A DNA stretch of 64,000 nt, taken from contig JAQFVV010000006.1 in assembly GCA_028023455.1 (NCBI GenBank), positions 13,950,001 through 14,014,000 on the forward strand. Reading direction: 5' to 3'. The position numbers and the translations under genes were made by a program. Below, one piece after another: positions 1 to 13,230 of this stretch (positions are counted from its first letter, which is position 1; every line of letters starts with the position of its first letter). The notes beneath the pieces are model-generated. The model saw only the letters and a list, made by a program, of their open reading frames with translations, was not told the DNA's origin and did not search any database. This DNA comes from Epiperipatus broadwayi. Its lineage: Eukaryota; Animalia; Onychophora.

Positions 1-681
1 CAGTTATTTTTTGTGATATCCTAATATTTATGAGTGAAATTGTAAATTTTAAAACATGTCTGTTGCATTATGACATTTTAACAATCATTTGTTTGGATTT
101 TAAAAATGAAATTAAAATGAATTTCCTTTTAATTATAAAAGATTTTATTGGGAACTGCAAAAAAATAAACAATCACCATCATTCTGATTGCATATTTTCA
201 TTCATTGCTTTTTTTATATATATTTGTAATGTTGAAATATTATTTTTAAAAATATTTTTCATTTGCTGAACTTACATTTGTAAAATGCTGCAAGTATAAC
301 TCAACAGCCATTGGAAGCTGTTTAAAGCTCGTAATGAAATGGTTAAGTCATTATTACAATATTGATCAATGTGCAACTTAGTATATTAAACATTAGTCGT
401 CTAAGTATTTTTACGGTGGTCATAAAGATTGTTTACCAAGGCAATCACAGTACAAACTACATATTAATAATTATATAATTATTTAATTCTTGAAAGACAA
501 TTCAGTACCATTTACACGTGCATACTCCGAAAATGTTAATGTGTATTAACATAAATTTTCCCGCGCAATATCCTTTTATTAATTATAAATGAGTGTTAAA
601 GCATAAAAGCAGATTATATATTTCAATGGCAACAATTACATAAGGATTCATGCTAATACACTACTTCATATATTCACATGC

Positions 682-869
682 TCTTAAGATATATGTGTTG
701 AGACTTATTCACACATACTGGAATATGCATATGGAAGCAAGATTAATATTAGCATCGACAAAATCAAAAGATTAATCTTAAGATATATGTGTTGAGACTT
801 ATTCACACATACTGGAATATGCATATGGAAGCAAAATTAATATTAGCATCGACAAAATCAAAAGATTAA
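682..869. repeat. Tandem duplication, 2 x 94 bp
   Basis: TCTTAAGATATATGTGTTGAGAC...CAAAAGATTAA starts at 682 and again at 776; one mismatch seen. Confidence 0.95.
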
Positions 870-921
870 GGAAAGATTATTAAAGACACTTTAACCATGC
901 ATTAAGAAAATTTATTCTTTA

Positions 922-1780
922 AATACTTGTGAGTTTTCCTGTAAACCAAGATGGCAGCCTGTATTCTTAATAAATATACAGTTTCAGGAGCTCACAGAAT
1001 GTTTATAAAAAAATGGCTGCTAGGAAATGTATTTAATGTTTGCATTTTATTTTTTATTATTACTGTAATTGTAAAAAAAGGAAATCATTGTAGAAAAAAT
1101 TAATTACTATATTTACACTTTATTTTTTTGTTTCTTTTGTAATAACTAATTAACAGAAAAATGAATATATAAATAAGTACAATATTTACATGGTATTCAT
1201 GTAAGCGATATGGTTGCACAAATCCATTTGACCGTTTCACCATTCAATTGACATTACATCTCTACTCCAAAAGTAAATAAATGTAAATGCAATCAGAAAT
1301 GTAATTTTAAAGCCCTCAAACCACATTCCTTTATGGAGAAATATTCTGTTTAAACAAGATTTCACATTGCATTACCATTGTGTGGGTGTTTGAACATAAA
1401 GTGTCACACTGTAACCACTAATACAAACTTTTCCGGAGGGCAGAATCTTTTACCCTTGGAAATATTCCACTGCATCCTGTTCCGTGACAGGAAGGTACCA
1501 AATTTTGCGCATAATAATAATTTACAAAATAAAGCTCTGACAAAAAGAAACATACTGAACTGAAACTCAAAAAAAAAAAAAAAATACATAAAAATTCTTA
1601 ATGAAATTTATCAGAATTTATTACTTTTTTTTTTTTTTAATTTAACAATCAATTTATTGATTTTTTTTTATTATTATTTTAACAACTAACACATCTTTGG
1701 AAGATAATAGGCCCTTGAAACTGGTTATTTATCAAAAATAAGTGTAGCCATCTTGGTTTACTGGAAAACTCACAAGTATC
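922..1780 (-). mobile_element. Merlin-like non-autonomous DNA transposon
   Basis: ~35-bp TIRs (ATACTTGTGAGTTTTCC(T/A)GTAAACCAAGATGGC); eroded 8-bp flanks ATTCTTTA/ATTTTTTG; internal Merlin-type transposase N-terminus. Confidence 0.75.
1186..1512 (-). pseudogene. Merlin/IS1595-like transposase N-terminal fragment with 3 internal stops
   Basis: Single frame MRKIWYLPVTEQDAVEYFQG*KILPSGKVCISGYSVTLYVQTPTQW*CNVKSCLNRIFLHKGMWFEGFKITFLIAFTFIYFWSRDV; resembles from memory the Zn-ribbon plus G-x-WFEG region of eukaryotic Merlin transposases. Confidence 0.7.
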
Positions 1781-3651
1781 ATTTTTTGTTAATGCAAATT
1801 CGTAGAATAAAAAATATTTTTTATAGATTGCCTTTTTTTTAATCGCTAGTTTGTATTATGGCATGACAATTGTTTCTTCACTTTACTATTGTAAAATATT
1901 TGTTCTTATTATAGGTAATTGCCAATCAGTTTTTCACCATACAATTTACTGTAATTAATTTCAGTTTTTGTTAATAGATGGAACTGTAGTTAATCAAAAA
2001 AATTGCATCAATGTAGTAGAAAGGAAGAATTATGTGAGAATCAATTACTTGGGTGACCTGCAAAAAGATATTACTAATGCTCATTATATAATAAATGAAG
2101 TTATAAAAATATTCAAGGATAAAATATTCTTAATTACTAAAATCAAAGGCCGTAATCATATCAATAAATGCAATATCAAATTACACCTTTGCTTCTTCAT
2201 CTTCTAAAACCCCAGTGAGTCTGATATTCCACAATAATTACTGCCATCCCTCTATCCTACTTTATTAAGCATCTTTTAAATTTGGTGACCCTTCAGTCTA
2301 ATAATTTCTAAGTAAGTCTCATTGTATTTTGAACATTTCCAAATAATTCTTTTAGAATCCACAGCTTTTTATATTTGAAATTCCCAAAAGCTATTTTAAA
2401 CTTTCACAATCAAGATTTGTTCCTCAAGTACGTGATGGTTCCAAAATGCAGTGGCTTTAGATCAATCTCTTGTGACTATCTTTAGCGCTATTTTAACAAT
2501 TTTGCATTTATGTAATGGCAAAAACTTGAAATTAAAATATTGATTTATTAATTAAAAAAAAAATTTTCAAGTTAGTTAGCATCATACCAATATCTTTTTT
2601 GAAAGAAGCCAACAAATAACGAGACTCGGAATACTATGTTGCTGACTGATAGTTTCTATTTCTCTCCGCACAAGATCGCTTACAAGAGCTTTGAAGCTTA
2701 TTCATTCTTTGTTAGATTTCAAAAATGGAAACATATTTTCCATAATTTGTTTACATAATTATAATTTTTCACAAAATATTTAACATTTATTTTATTAGAA
2801 AAATAATGTAATTAAAACAAATGTTCTTTGAAAATATTTATTTTTAAAAGAGAAGTCAAGAGAAATCACATACTGTATACGACCGCACCTTGAAATCGGC
2901 TAAACAATTTACTTTTATCATTTTTTAAAAATTATAAATAAAATTTGTTAGCTTTTGGTAATTGAACATTAATTTGTTCAAATCAATTGCATAAAAACAA
3001 TTCTAATTTTTTGAATTTTAAATTTTTATTAATCTTTACCATAACTGTCCAATAAGAAAATAATTATTGCTTTTATTAATCTTATTATGTATTTCACATT
3101 AAAATACTTTTTCCTATATTTGCATTAGTTATAATAATATTTTTAAGATTATTTTTCATATGTAAACATGTATTTTTAACAAATAACTCACAATTTCTGA
3201 AAATTGAATAGTTGAGGTTAGGAGATATAAAGTTCCGAAGAAGATGGCTGGGCAATCAAAACTGTAAACTGTAAGAAAGAGTGGTAAATAAAGCATTGTG
3301 TAACAGTAGTAAAGTGCTTGGACAATGTAATATTATATGGTATTTTCTGAAAATATAGTAAAGAATAAAAACTAATTGGATCAAATAAAAATAACTTTGA
3401 TCAAATAAAAAGTTTGGATATTATTTGAACTGATTGCTAGGGGTTTCTCAAAAAAATATGAATTACTGAAGGATTAATGTCAAGATGGATCTTGTTGTCT
3501 TAACTTATAGATATATCATTAGTATGAATGTATCATTAAACACGGTCACCTGAATATGATCAAAAAATTTCCTCTATCTGACCAATATAACATCACATGC
3601 AAACAGTGCTATCCACTGTTTAACAAGATTATATTTTCCCTAGATTATTGA

Positions 3652-5609
3652 GGTACTTACGTAGTTTTCCTGCCAGAAAGCTTGCCACCTGTTTTGTTTT
3701 AAATTATCCATTTTCAGGGGCTTCCAACACTTGGCATAAACAATATGGCTGCTGCTAAGTTATTGTATTTGATATTTACATTTTTTTATTTATTAAAATG
3801 ATAAAGAAACACAAAAATCCAAAGGATTGTGATTAAAAACTTTTTTATTGTAAATGCATTAAAGAAAATAAAAATAAAACATGATTAAGCAAACTAATAA
3901 TGAAAATGGAGTTAGACATCATTTTTACTATCTCATGATTTTGAAAATATTCCACTGAAACACCCAAAAATTCAAAGGGTTCTAATTAAAATTTTTTTAG
4001 CGTAAATTCACTACACTGTAAACTAATCTCAATGCACTCACAAACAATGTTTTGGAGTTTTCTAACCACGTTCCTTTCCAACAGAGAGGTACTTAGAACA
4101 TGTTCACACACAACATTGCCATTGTGTCTCCAATTGCACATAAAGCGTAATATCATGGCCTTATCACCTACTTTTCAAGTGATAACTATCTTGTAATTTT
4201 GAAAATATTTGATTGCATCTTGTTCTATCGATGAAAGATTCCAAATTTTAATTATATTTCCAAAAATGATAAGGCAAAAAAAAAATGCTAAAAAAATCAG
4301 TATGGGCTAACGAATATCAACAAAAAAAATGTTAATTTTAACCACATGTTATCTGTTTATCTCATGTTAACATTTGGATGTTATGTTGTGAATGAAATTT
4401 ATTCAAAATATATATTCAAATTTTTTAAAATTAACATTAAATTTAGAATACATTTGTTAATATTTTTTAAAGTTAGCAAGCTTTACATGTTAATTTTAAA
4501 AAATTTGAATACATTTTTTAATAAATTCTATTCACTAAGGCAATAAACCTTTAAGCATGTGCGTTTGAAAATATGAAGGTAGGGACCTCTACAGGTCTTA
4601 ACCACAAGCTTACTCTTTGGAAGAAAAGAGGGGAACCCCTTCTTTACTTCAACCTACTTTCTATATAAATAGGTGAAGCTGAAGTGGTTAGAACTGAGAG
4701 GGTGAAGCTAACCCTCTTTTCTTCCAAAGAGTAAACTTGTGGTTAAGACCTGTAAAGGTCCCTACCTTCGTATTTTCAAGCACACATGCTTAAAGGTTTA
4801 TTGCCTTAGTAAATATTACTTATGTAATCAATGTGCATTAAATAAATTTATAAATTCTATTCATAACATAACATCCAAATGTTAACACGAGGCAAACAGA
4901 TAACACATGGTTAAAATTAACATTATTTTTTATTGACATTCATTAACATATGCTAACTTTTTTTAACGTTTCTTTTTTGCTTTATCATTTTTGGAAGTCT
5001 GATTAAAATTTGTAATCTTTCATCAACAGAACAAGATATAGTGAAATATTTTCAAAATTACAGGATAGTGCTTGTCTGAAAAGTATGTGACAATGGCCAT
5101 GATATTACATTTTATATGCAAATGAAGATGCAATGGTGGTGTCATGTGTGAACATGTTCTAAGCACTTATCTGTTAGGAAAGGAACATGGTTAGAAGGAT
5201 CCAAAACATCATTTGTGAGTGCACTCAGATTAGTTTACATTTAGTGTAGTGAATTTACATTAAAATGTTTTTTAATTATAACCCTTTGAATTTTAGTATG
5301 TTTCAATGGAAGGAATATTTTCAAAATTATGGGATAGTAAAGGTGATGTCTGTCTGCATCTTTGTTATAGTTTGCTTAATCGTGTTTTATTTTTATTTTC
5401 TCTACTGCATTTACATTAAAAGTTTTTAATTACAACCCTTTGGACTATTGTGTTTCTTTATTATTTTAATAAATAAAAAAAAGTAAATATTAAATACAAT
5501 AACTTAGAGTTAGCCATATTATTTATGCCATGTTTTAGAAGCCCCTGAAAATGGATAATTTAAAATAAAATGGTGGCAAGATTTCCGGCAGGCAAACTAC
5601 GTAAGTACC
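3652..5609. mobile_element. 1,958-bp palindromic (foldback) Merlin-like element
   Basis: TIRs GGTACTTACGTAGTTT...AAACTACGTAAGTACC; 8-bp TSD ATTATTGA/ATTATGGA (7/8); arms inverted over almost the full length, centre ~4640-4705; both arms carry a decayed KIWNL..EQDAIKYFQ...GHDITLYVQ...GTWLE frame. Confidence 0.85.
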
Positions 5610-6141
5610 ATTATGGATTTCTTCAGTGCATCAAAAAAACAGTTAAAATGATTACAATCGCAAATGAGTTTTTCTTTTTTACTTCAAAATAACATTCATT
5701 TTTATTCAAAAAATAATGTTTTTACTTTTATATTTTCCTAATTTTCTACATAATTTGAGGTGAAAAACATGCAATTAGTGTTAGCTTTATTTCGTACATA
5801 TGCATTATGATTTTTTATATCTATTAATATTTTTAAATTTTTTTTTTATTTCTGAAGATATATATAAATGATGCTATATAAAATGTTCTTATTTGGTATA
5901 TAAACTAAATTGATTACTTTATTGAAAAACCACATACAAAGAAAAAAGCAATAGGGGAAGGACTTTATTGCATAATATGCAGGGATAGTAAATTATGTAC
6001 ACACAAATTATCAGCAGCCAATGTCTTGTAAGCAGAATTTTTTTGATACTTAATTATCTCTCTTCCATTACAAACTTTTTTTTAGTCGTAAGCAGTCATT
6101 TCACTTAAAATTTTTATTTTCATAATTAAACTTTTATTTTA

Positions 6142-6279
6142 AACCACCAAATATCACATGATCACCATTCTTTATGCTTACACAAGCTATTTTTACAGAG
6201 GCAAAACTCTCCATACATCCACTGATTACTCTATCTTGCACTGAGTGGCGCTACTGTATGGAAAGTTTTGCCTCTGTGG
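6142..6279. repeat. Family B hairpin repeat (no HHR)
   Basis: ATCACATGATCACC end; CAGAGGCAAAACTCTCCATAC / GTATGGAAAGTTTTGCCTCTG inverted arms; homologous to 12153, 19512, 38150, 41362, 49185. Confidence 0.75.
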
Positions 6280-7272
6280 AAACATTTTGAAATATATTTA
6301 TGCAATTTTTAACTTATTTCTTAGAAATACAAGTTTGCAAAGGAAACCATTCATAAAAATAGTAATTCAACTTTGCAAATGTAGAAAAAGAAGTAATAAA
6401 CCGAAATACATAATCAGAATAATAGCCTTTATCATTTCACTATGGCCTATCAAAATGTATTTCTAACAACATATTTTTTATTTAAACTCTATTTCAAAAA
6501 TCAAAATAAATTTTTCTCTACAACACATAAAAGAATGAAATTATGTTTTAAAATTTTAAATTCCACTTATAATTATTTTAAAATTGCAAAAAATAATGCT
6601 TCAGTAATTATAGACATTGGTTCCTTTTTCAGCCAATTACAATTTCCTGTTTTACATTATTATACTTCTATTCATATGTATTTTTTTTATTAAAACAAAT
6701 ATTTTTGAATAAAATATTAATCTAAACACCATATTATCATCAAACAATAAATATTTCACAAATATTTCACAAATCATAAATATACAAATAAATTAAAGAA
6801 ACTATACAATTTTATTTTTTGAATTGCAAACAAAAGAAACCTGCTGGAAAGAATTCTCACAAGCTCTCTTAGGCCTAAAAACAAAAAAAAATACCAATCT
6901 TTGACATTTTTAGCAGCCATTTGTATTAGGTTCTTTGTATAATACTGACATCTTCAGACTTTTTTAAAATTAATAAATCGATATATTCATCAAATGACTG
7001 CAATACTAGTTAATGAATGTTACAGATAGCTGCAAAATAATAAATTTAAATGAAACAACAAACTCCACCACAATATGCTATAAAAATGATATTAGATTAA
7101 CTATGAAATAATCATATTAGGTATTATCTATTTACTTTTTTTAATGAAAAGTCTTTAGATAATGCAATAAGAACTTGGATCTTTTCTATGTCTTCTTGAA
7201 ATGCTCTTAGTTAATTATTTCTTTTAAGATAAAGTTTTGTTAATTGTTCAGAAAGGAAATACTAAATGTGAA

Positions 7273-7653
7273 GTCTACGGCTAAACTCATTTTTAATGAA
7301 AGTATTTTACAATATAATTTCAATCTTTGTTAAAGTTCGTTGGATTAATTAATAATAGAATATTTAAGATTATTGTTTTTATATTTAAAAAATATATATA
7401 TTGTTTGATCGCCAGCACAATTTTAGCCCAAAAATGCACCGGATTCTAACTCTATTAGAAAATGGTCTATGGCTAAACTGATTTTTAATTAAAGTATTTT
7501 ATAATATAATTTCAATCTTTGTTAAAATTCATTGGATTAATTAATAATAGAATATTTAAGATTATTGTTTTTGTATTTAAAAAATATATATATTGTTCGA
7601 TCGTCAGCACAATTTTAGCCCAAAAATGCACTGGATTCTAACTCTATTAGAAA
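7273..7653. repeat. Tandem duplication, 2 x ~192 bp
   Basis: GTCTA(C/T)GGCTAAACT...CTCTATTAGAAA at 7273 and 7465, few substitutions. Confidence 0.95.
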
Positions 7654-9230
7654 GAGGCAGTTTCAACAACCAACTGTATGATAAATTATTTAAAATAAAA
7701 TGGATGGTTGGGAGTTGGTCCTAGTTTTAATCCAAATCATATATTTAGCTCTAAAAAGAGATACCATTTATTTAGGAAATATATGGTAAATTTAATGAGC
7801 AATAAGAAAATGGAATATTAAAAGCAATCTGAAGAAAACTATTATAGAATGAATAATTTCATTTCTAAAAAAGTACTTATAGCATAAAATACAATTAAAA
7901 ATTAAAAACTTTATTTTATTTAAACTACTGAATATTTTAAAACATAAAAAATTCTGGTAAATCCAAGTGAAATAGTTGTAGCTTTATGACACATTTCTCT
8001 TTGTAACAGAAAAACTATATTAAGGAAGATCACCCAACAGATATTAGTAAAGATCAAAGTTCCTAAACTTAGAATATGCACCAAAAGACCCTATAATAAA
8101 GGTTTCTAACAGTATAAAGACTAAAATTATTAGGTATAAAAATGTTTATCTTTATCTTGCTTGGAAATAAGCATTGTAAAAAGATTTTTTAAATCCATCC
8201 CTCCAAACTTTATAAAATAAATAAAAAGAAAAAACATCACATAGTAAATGATTAACACCATATATCTTGGGTAAATATTTATTTCAGTCACAATTGAGTT
8301 GTAATTTGCAAATCGGTCTTTTATTTGCATTCACACTTTTTTATTTATTTATAATAAATAAAAATCATATATAACAACCATATATATATATTAATAACAA
8401 TTATACATAAAAAGCCTTTCAGCATATGATTTCAAGCCCTTTTAAAAATCATTAACCAATTACTGCGGATAGAACACCATCTAGTGTTCTGTAATGGAAG
8501 TAAAATAATAAAATAGAACATTAGTAAAATAAGAATAAAACCTTCATATAGAGATCAAATATAACTTTAAAAGAATTGATTGTACAACATAACAATATAC
8601 AGAATAAATAATATACATTATACAACTTCAAATATATTATCTTACATAATTGTCCATTCATTTTCAATTTACCAGTTGTTAATTACATTTATTGGAGTTT
8701 TGTAAATATTCATACAATTATTTAAGTCATGTTTAATGTAATATGTTTTATCTCTGTTAAATTTAATATAATAGAACATTTAAATCAGTTCACATTAAGG
8801 TATTATAAAGCTATTCTATCATTTTAAACAACACTGATTCTATTAATAATAGAAAATAAAAAATTGGAAAGTAAAATATAATTTTTTTTTTTGTTTGCAT
8901 TACAACTGCTTGGAGCTGTGATCCAAAATGTCATATTCCATCACACTACATCGCAAATGTATAGCTGTTTCCTATACAGTCAAGCATGTTCTTGAAATTA
9001 TATATAATAAACTTTATATCACTTAGATATTGTAAGTTTTGCATTTTATTATTGCTACATCTGGACTCCCAAGTTATTGATCATAGTTTTAAATGAGAAT
9101 ATGGACATCATATAAAATTGAAATAAAAAAACCACCAGAGTAAAATAGTTTAAAACATACATTTAATATAAATATTTAAATATTATCAGAATAATACAAA
9201 AGTATATTTCCAATTTCTTATATTACTTAT

Positions 9231-9747
9231 AATAGTAATAATAAAATGTCAGATGTCACATGACATATATAGCTTACATTTACCAATATGTAAACTTAAG
9301 AGCATGCTAACGCTCTAACAAGCTTTTTTTTTTTTATTATGATAAATGCTACTAAAAGAGAAGGCATTCAAATCATCTTTATCTTAGATTGTCCCCATCC
9401 CCAGACCGGTTTCGACCTATGGGTCTCTTCAGTGAGGAGTTGGGACATTAGATTCAAAAAACCACCTCAAGCTAAGCATTTATCTAAAAGGTAATTCTCA
9501 AGAAGAAGATATAAACCTTTAGACATCTGCATGTCTTTAAAGTCAGCTCTCCAACTGAAAAAATTATATGGGCCTGAACTTAATTCAGATACTCCATATA
9601 TTAATAGGCTTGGCCATTTAATTTAGCCAAAGCCCCAACAGCAAAATAATAATAGTAATAATAAAAAGTCAGATGTCACATGACTTATATATAGCTTGCA
9701 TTTACCAATATGTAAACTTAAGAGCATGCTAACACTCTAACAAGCTT
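9231..9747 (-). mobile_element. Family F HHR-bearing repeat, ~1.2 units, 420-bp period
   Basis: ~97-bp direct repeat at 9231 and 9651 flanking an HHR; interior homologous to 36720-36850 (-) and 38870-39000 (+). Confidence 0.75.
9398..9438 (-). ncRNA. Minimal type I hammerhead ribozyme (canonical)
   Basis: Minus strand TCCTCA-CTGAAGA-GACC cata GGTC-GAAA-CCGG-TC/TGGGGA: 6-bp stem I, 4-bp stem II, palindromic stem III ACCGGT, GUC site. Confidence 0.85.
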
Positions 9748-10140
9748 AAAGTGTAGAATGAGGTGGCCTGTAACAACTCCCTAGATCCCTTTATTAATCT
9801 TCAGTGGGGATGTAGCTGGTATTGAAACTTGCCCAAATTTTAAGGTTCCTAATTGTTGCTACTGTGTTGATGTCTTGGCCTCTCTTCTCTTGGTTAAAAT
9901 CAACATCATTTATCAGTTTTCTAATTGGTCCCAGAAACCTTCAAATTTCTATTTTTTTGCAATATCATCTAAGAGATAATTAAATTTAAGTACTTTTTCT
10001 GTATTATCCCAGAAAACGTTAATTGTATATTTTTACGCTATTGTCCAAGAGATAATTAGAGATAAATACTGCTTTTCCATATTAGGCAAATCCGCAACAA
10101 AAATATTTGATAGATTTAACTTTATTTAACTATTTCTTTT

Positions 10141-10259
10141 TTCTTTCTTTTTTTTCTACATATGTCAAAGCATCGGCCAGGAAACAAACCCGCGACAACT
10201 GTCTGCAAACAACTGCTTGCTTGCAAGGCAGCTGCACTGAGTTCTCGGCTATTTAACAT
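10141..10259 (-). mobile_element. tRNA-Gly-derived SINE
   Basis: Reverse complement TAGCCGAGAACTCAGTGCAGCTGCCTTGCAAGCAAGCAGTTG...GCGGGTTTGTTTCCTGGCCGATGCTTTGACATATG plus A-rich tail; matches 47263. Confidence 0.75.
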
Positions 10260-10967
10260 ACATACACGCCACATTTTATTTTTTATTAATTTGGGTCAGC
10301 ATAATTATCATCAATTTTCATTATAAGAAGAATGAAGAAAAAGTGATATCTTAATCTGTATCATAATTTTGTTAAAATTTCCTTGTAATCTACTTTCCTT
10401 TAAATTTTGATCTAGCTTTTAAAAGATATAAATATTTAAACATTTCTTTATAAACCTGCTTTTTTTATATAATAAAAATTCAGATAAATCATAAAAATAG
10501 TTTTACAAACAACTGCTTACAAAAGCATATTTATGGGTTTGTTAAACATTTGCATATGGACTTGACTATTGTATGGCTTTTAAAGTTAATGATTTTTGCT
10601 ATCCTAATACGTAATTTTAAAATTTATATTCTGTATCAAAGATGAGTATGTATGTATTATATATATATATGTATAGTTTATACGTGACAGTGTTTCATGA
10701 AGAGGTGACCGGTTCTCTCTGTAACCTACCTGCAATGTCATTTCTGAATCAATGCATCTCTTACACTGTGAGATAGTTTATCTACACACCATAAAACTTT
10801 TAAGGCACTAGCATGTCTGAATCATACATTGCAACACAAAATATGATAGTATGTTTTATGTAATATAGGTGATTTGAACCCAGACTTTCACATTTCCTTC
10901 AGCTATTCCCTCTGTTTCATATAACCCATATCCATGCCCACACTCATGTGAATAAGATAAATTATAT

Positions 10968-11009
10968 CCAATATACATATTTCATGCTAAAACAGCACTC
11001 ATCAGTTGA
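10968..11009 (-). ncRNA. Minimal type I hammerhead ribozyme
   Basis: TCAA-CTGATGA-GTGCT gtttt AGCAT-GAAA-TATGTA-TA/TTGG; core intact, G.U at base of stem II, AUA site. Confidence 0.7.
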
Positions 11010-11681
11010 TCCAGATTACTATCTCCACATACATATACAATCAGTGCTCAGTTTTATATTATGATAGCAAATCTTCAAACTTTAATGGACAGAGGTCAAT
11101 CTACTCCACCCTCCAACTCTTCAGTCATCCATATAATTGAAAATCTGATGATAGAATGCCCAAATCCCTGTTGATACCAAAATTATTGTCATGCTCATGT
11201 TGAACTTAAGTCATTTTGACTTCTCATGTACAAGACCTTATCCATTTAAGTACCCAGATGAGGGATGGGCAGGATTATAATACTTGATTGAATACAAGTA
11301 TAATTGTAATATTTAGTAATACTACTAATAATAATATTTGCATAAACAGGGGATTTGGATACTCCATCATCAGATTTTCAATTGTATATAAATTGTACTC
11401 AATCAAATATTACACATTTAGCTTGTATCCTGCCCATCCCTCTTCTGTGTATTTAAATGCATAAGATCCTATACATGACTTAAGTTCAACATGGACATGA
11501 CAATCTTGGCATCAACTGGAGATTTGGGTGTTCCACCATCAGATTTTCAATAATATGGACCGCTGAAGAGTTGGAGGGTGGAGAAGATTGAAAAGTTTGT
11601 CCATTAAAGTTTGAAAGTGTACTATCTTAATATAAACTGGGCACAGATTATATTATACATGTGTGGGAGAAGATGTTTGGA

Positions 11682-11723
11682 CTAACTGATGAGTGCTAGT
11701 TCAGCACAAAATATGTAAATTGG
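11682..11723 (+). ncRNA. Hammerhead ribozyme remnant (GAAA>AAAA, predicted inactive)
   Basis: CTAA-CTGATGA-GTGCT agttc AGCAC-AAAA-TATGTAAA-TTGG. Confidence 0.6.
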
Positions 11724-12152
11724 AGATCATTTACGTTTTTCACATGTGTGTGGTCATGGATAGATGAAGGGAGCTTAAAAATCTAGGTTCAAATCCCTAT
11801 ATTACATTTAATGTATAAATTGTACTTGTATTCAGATATGTTTTGTATTTTAAACCATGATGGAATAATGCCCTAACATTAAATTTTGTTTTAAATTGGG
11901 AAAACTGCTACCTAAACATTTGAAATGATTCAAACTGAGTGTAACAGTGAAGCAATGAGGCATAATAATATTTTCAAGTGGTTTTCAACATTTCGTGATG
12001 ATAAAGAAAGCACTGAAGATGATCCATAAAGTACAAAACACAATTTCATGTTACAATGCATAATCCAGATATGCTAATGCTTTAAAATTTTTGTGGTAAA
12101 TAGCTAAACTATGTTACTATCTAACAAATGCATTAATTTAGAGATAATTGAA

Positions 12153-12356
12153 CACAGAGGCGAAACTCTCTGTACAGTAGCACCACTCGGTGCAAACCAA
12201 AGTAATCAATGGATGCAGGAAGGGTTGTGCATAAAATCCCTTCCTGCATCCATTGATTTTTCTGGTCTGCAATAAGTGGTGCTACTGTATAGAGAGTTTA
12301 GCTTCTATGTAAACACCTGTGTAAAGAATGGTGACCATGTGATGTTTAGTAGGTTA
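12153..12356. repeat. Family B hairpin repeat
   Basis: GAGGCGAAACTCTCTGTACAGTAGCACCACT...ATCAATGGATGCAGGAAGG inverted against CCTTCCTGCATCCATTGAT...AGTGGTGCTACTGTATAGAGAGTTT; right end GGTGACCATGTGATGTTTAG. Confidence 0.8.
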
Positions 12357-13006
12357 ATTAGCTTGGAGAGAAGACTTCTCCAAATTTCTTGTATTGGTTT
12401 CACACTTTTTCTTTTTTGATAGATAACAACGTAGCAATTCTTTTTTAAAAAAAACCCTGATATTTCAGAATGAACAAATGAATATTAATATACAGACTGC
12501 GATTGTAATATGATTTATTAAAGGTCTTCATGCTATAGTAGTTAGCGCCTCCTATGATCAAGGATTGAAAGAAATCTAAGCTTGGTGAGCTTTGGAAACT
12601 TTTTCAGGTCACACATAAGCTTTGAATTTTTCCTATAGATAGTAAATCCATATCCAATCCAGCTAGCAAGTCTGGTAAACAGATATTTAATTACCCTTAT
12701 CTGGAGAATAAGGCCCTAGATTAACCCAGATTATGCTGACTACAAAAGTAAAATGATCATAAGGTATGATATTTGCTCAGTAGAAAAGGTATCATACTTC
12801 TATGATGCATCGAGACCATAGTTATCTTTACCTTAAATAAAAGTAATTTTTCCATTGTATAAATGCTTAAAATTTTATTGGTAAGCAGTAGTGTAGATAA
12901 AAGAGACTTTTTAATAAGGAGCTCCCTGCTAGGTAAAGGCCTCTATGACATACACTCATGGAGAACCAGTGAAAGAGAAGGCGGTACTCGGCAAACTTTT
13001 CAGTTA

Positions 13007-13230
13007 CTAGGTGATAAGGTTTTGAGTGCTTTTTCATTTGTATGTACCCTCTACTTAAAAATTAAATTGAATATCCATTTACTAACCAAAATAGAAGATA
13101 ATTAGCTGGTTTACTTTTCAATTGCTAGGTGGTGAGGTTTTGGATCTTTTTCCGTTCGTATGTACTCTACTTAAAATTAAACTGAATATCCATTCACCAA
13201 CCAAATAACAGATAATTAGCTGGGTTTGCT
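13007..13230. repeat. Diverged tandem duplication, ~118-bp period
   Basis: CTAGGTG...GTATGTAC...CTACTTAAAA..ATTAAA.TGAATATCCATT...GATAATTAGCTGG at 13007 and 13125. Confidence 0.8.

Larger units (their letters stand above)
10745..12135. mobile_element. Family C inverted (snap-back) repeat with an HHR in each arm
   Basis: 10820-11290 inverted against 11410-11860; outer inverted patch 10745-10820 against 12060-12135; forward arm homologous to 48355-48790. Confidence 0.75.

Noticed and set aside
2200-2720. Minus-strand KRIIWKCSKY, FLYWCH/MULE-like
   Set aside because: Only one short motif amid many stops, with no termini found; insufficient support.
11563-11600. CTGAAGA...GAAA inside family C
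   Set aside because: No stem II pairing, and not conserved in the 48.5-kb copy.
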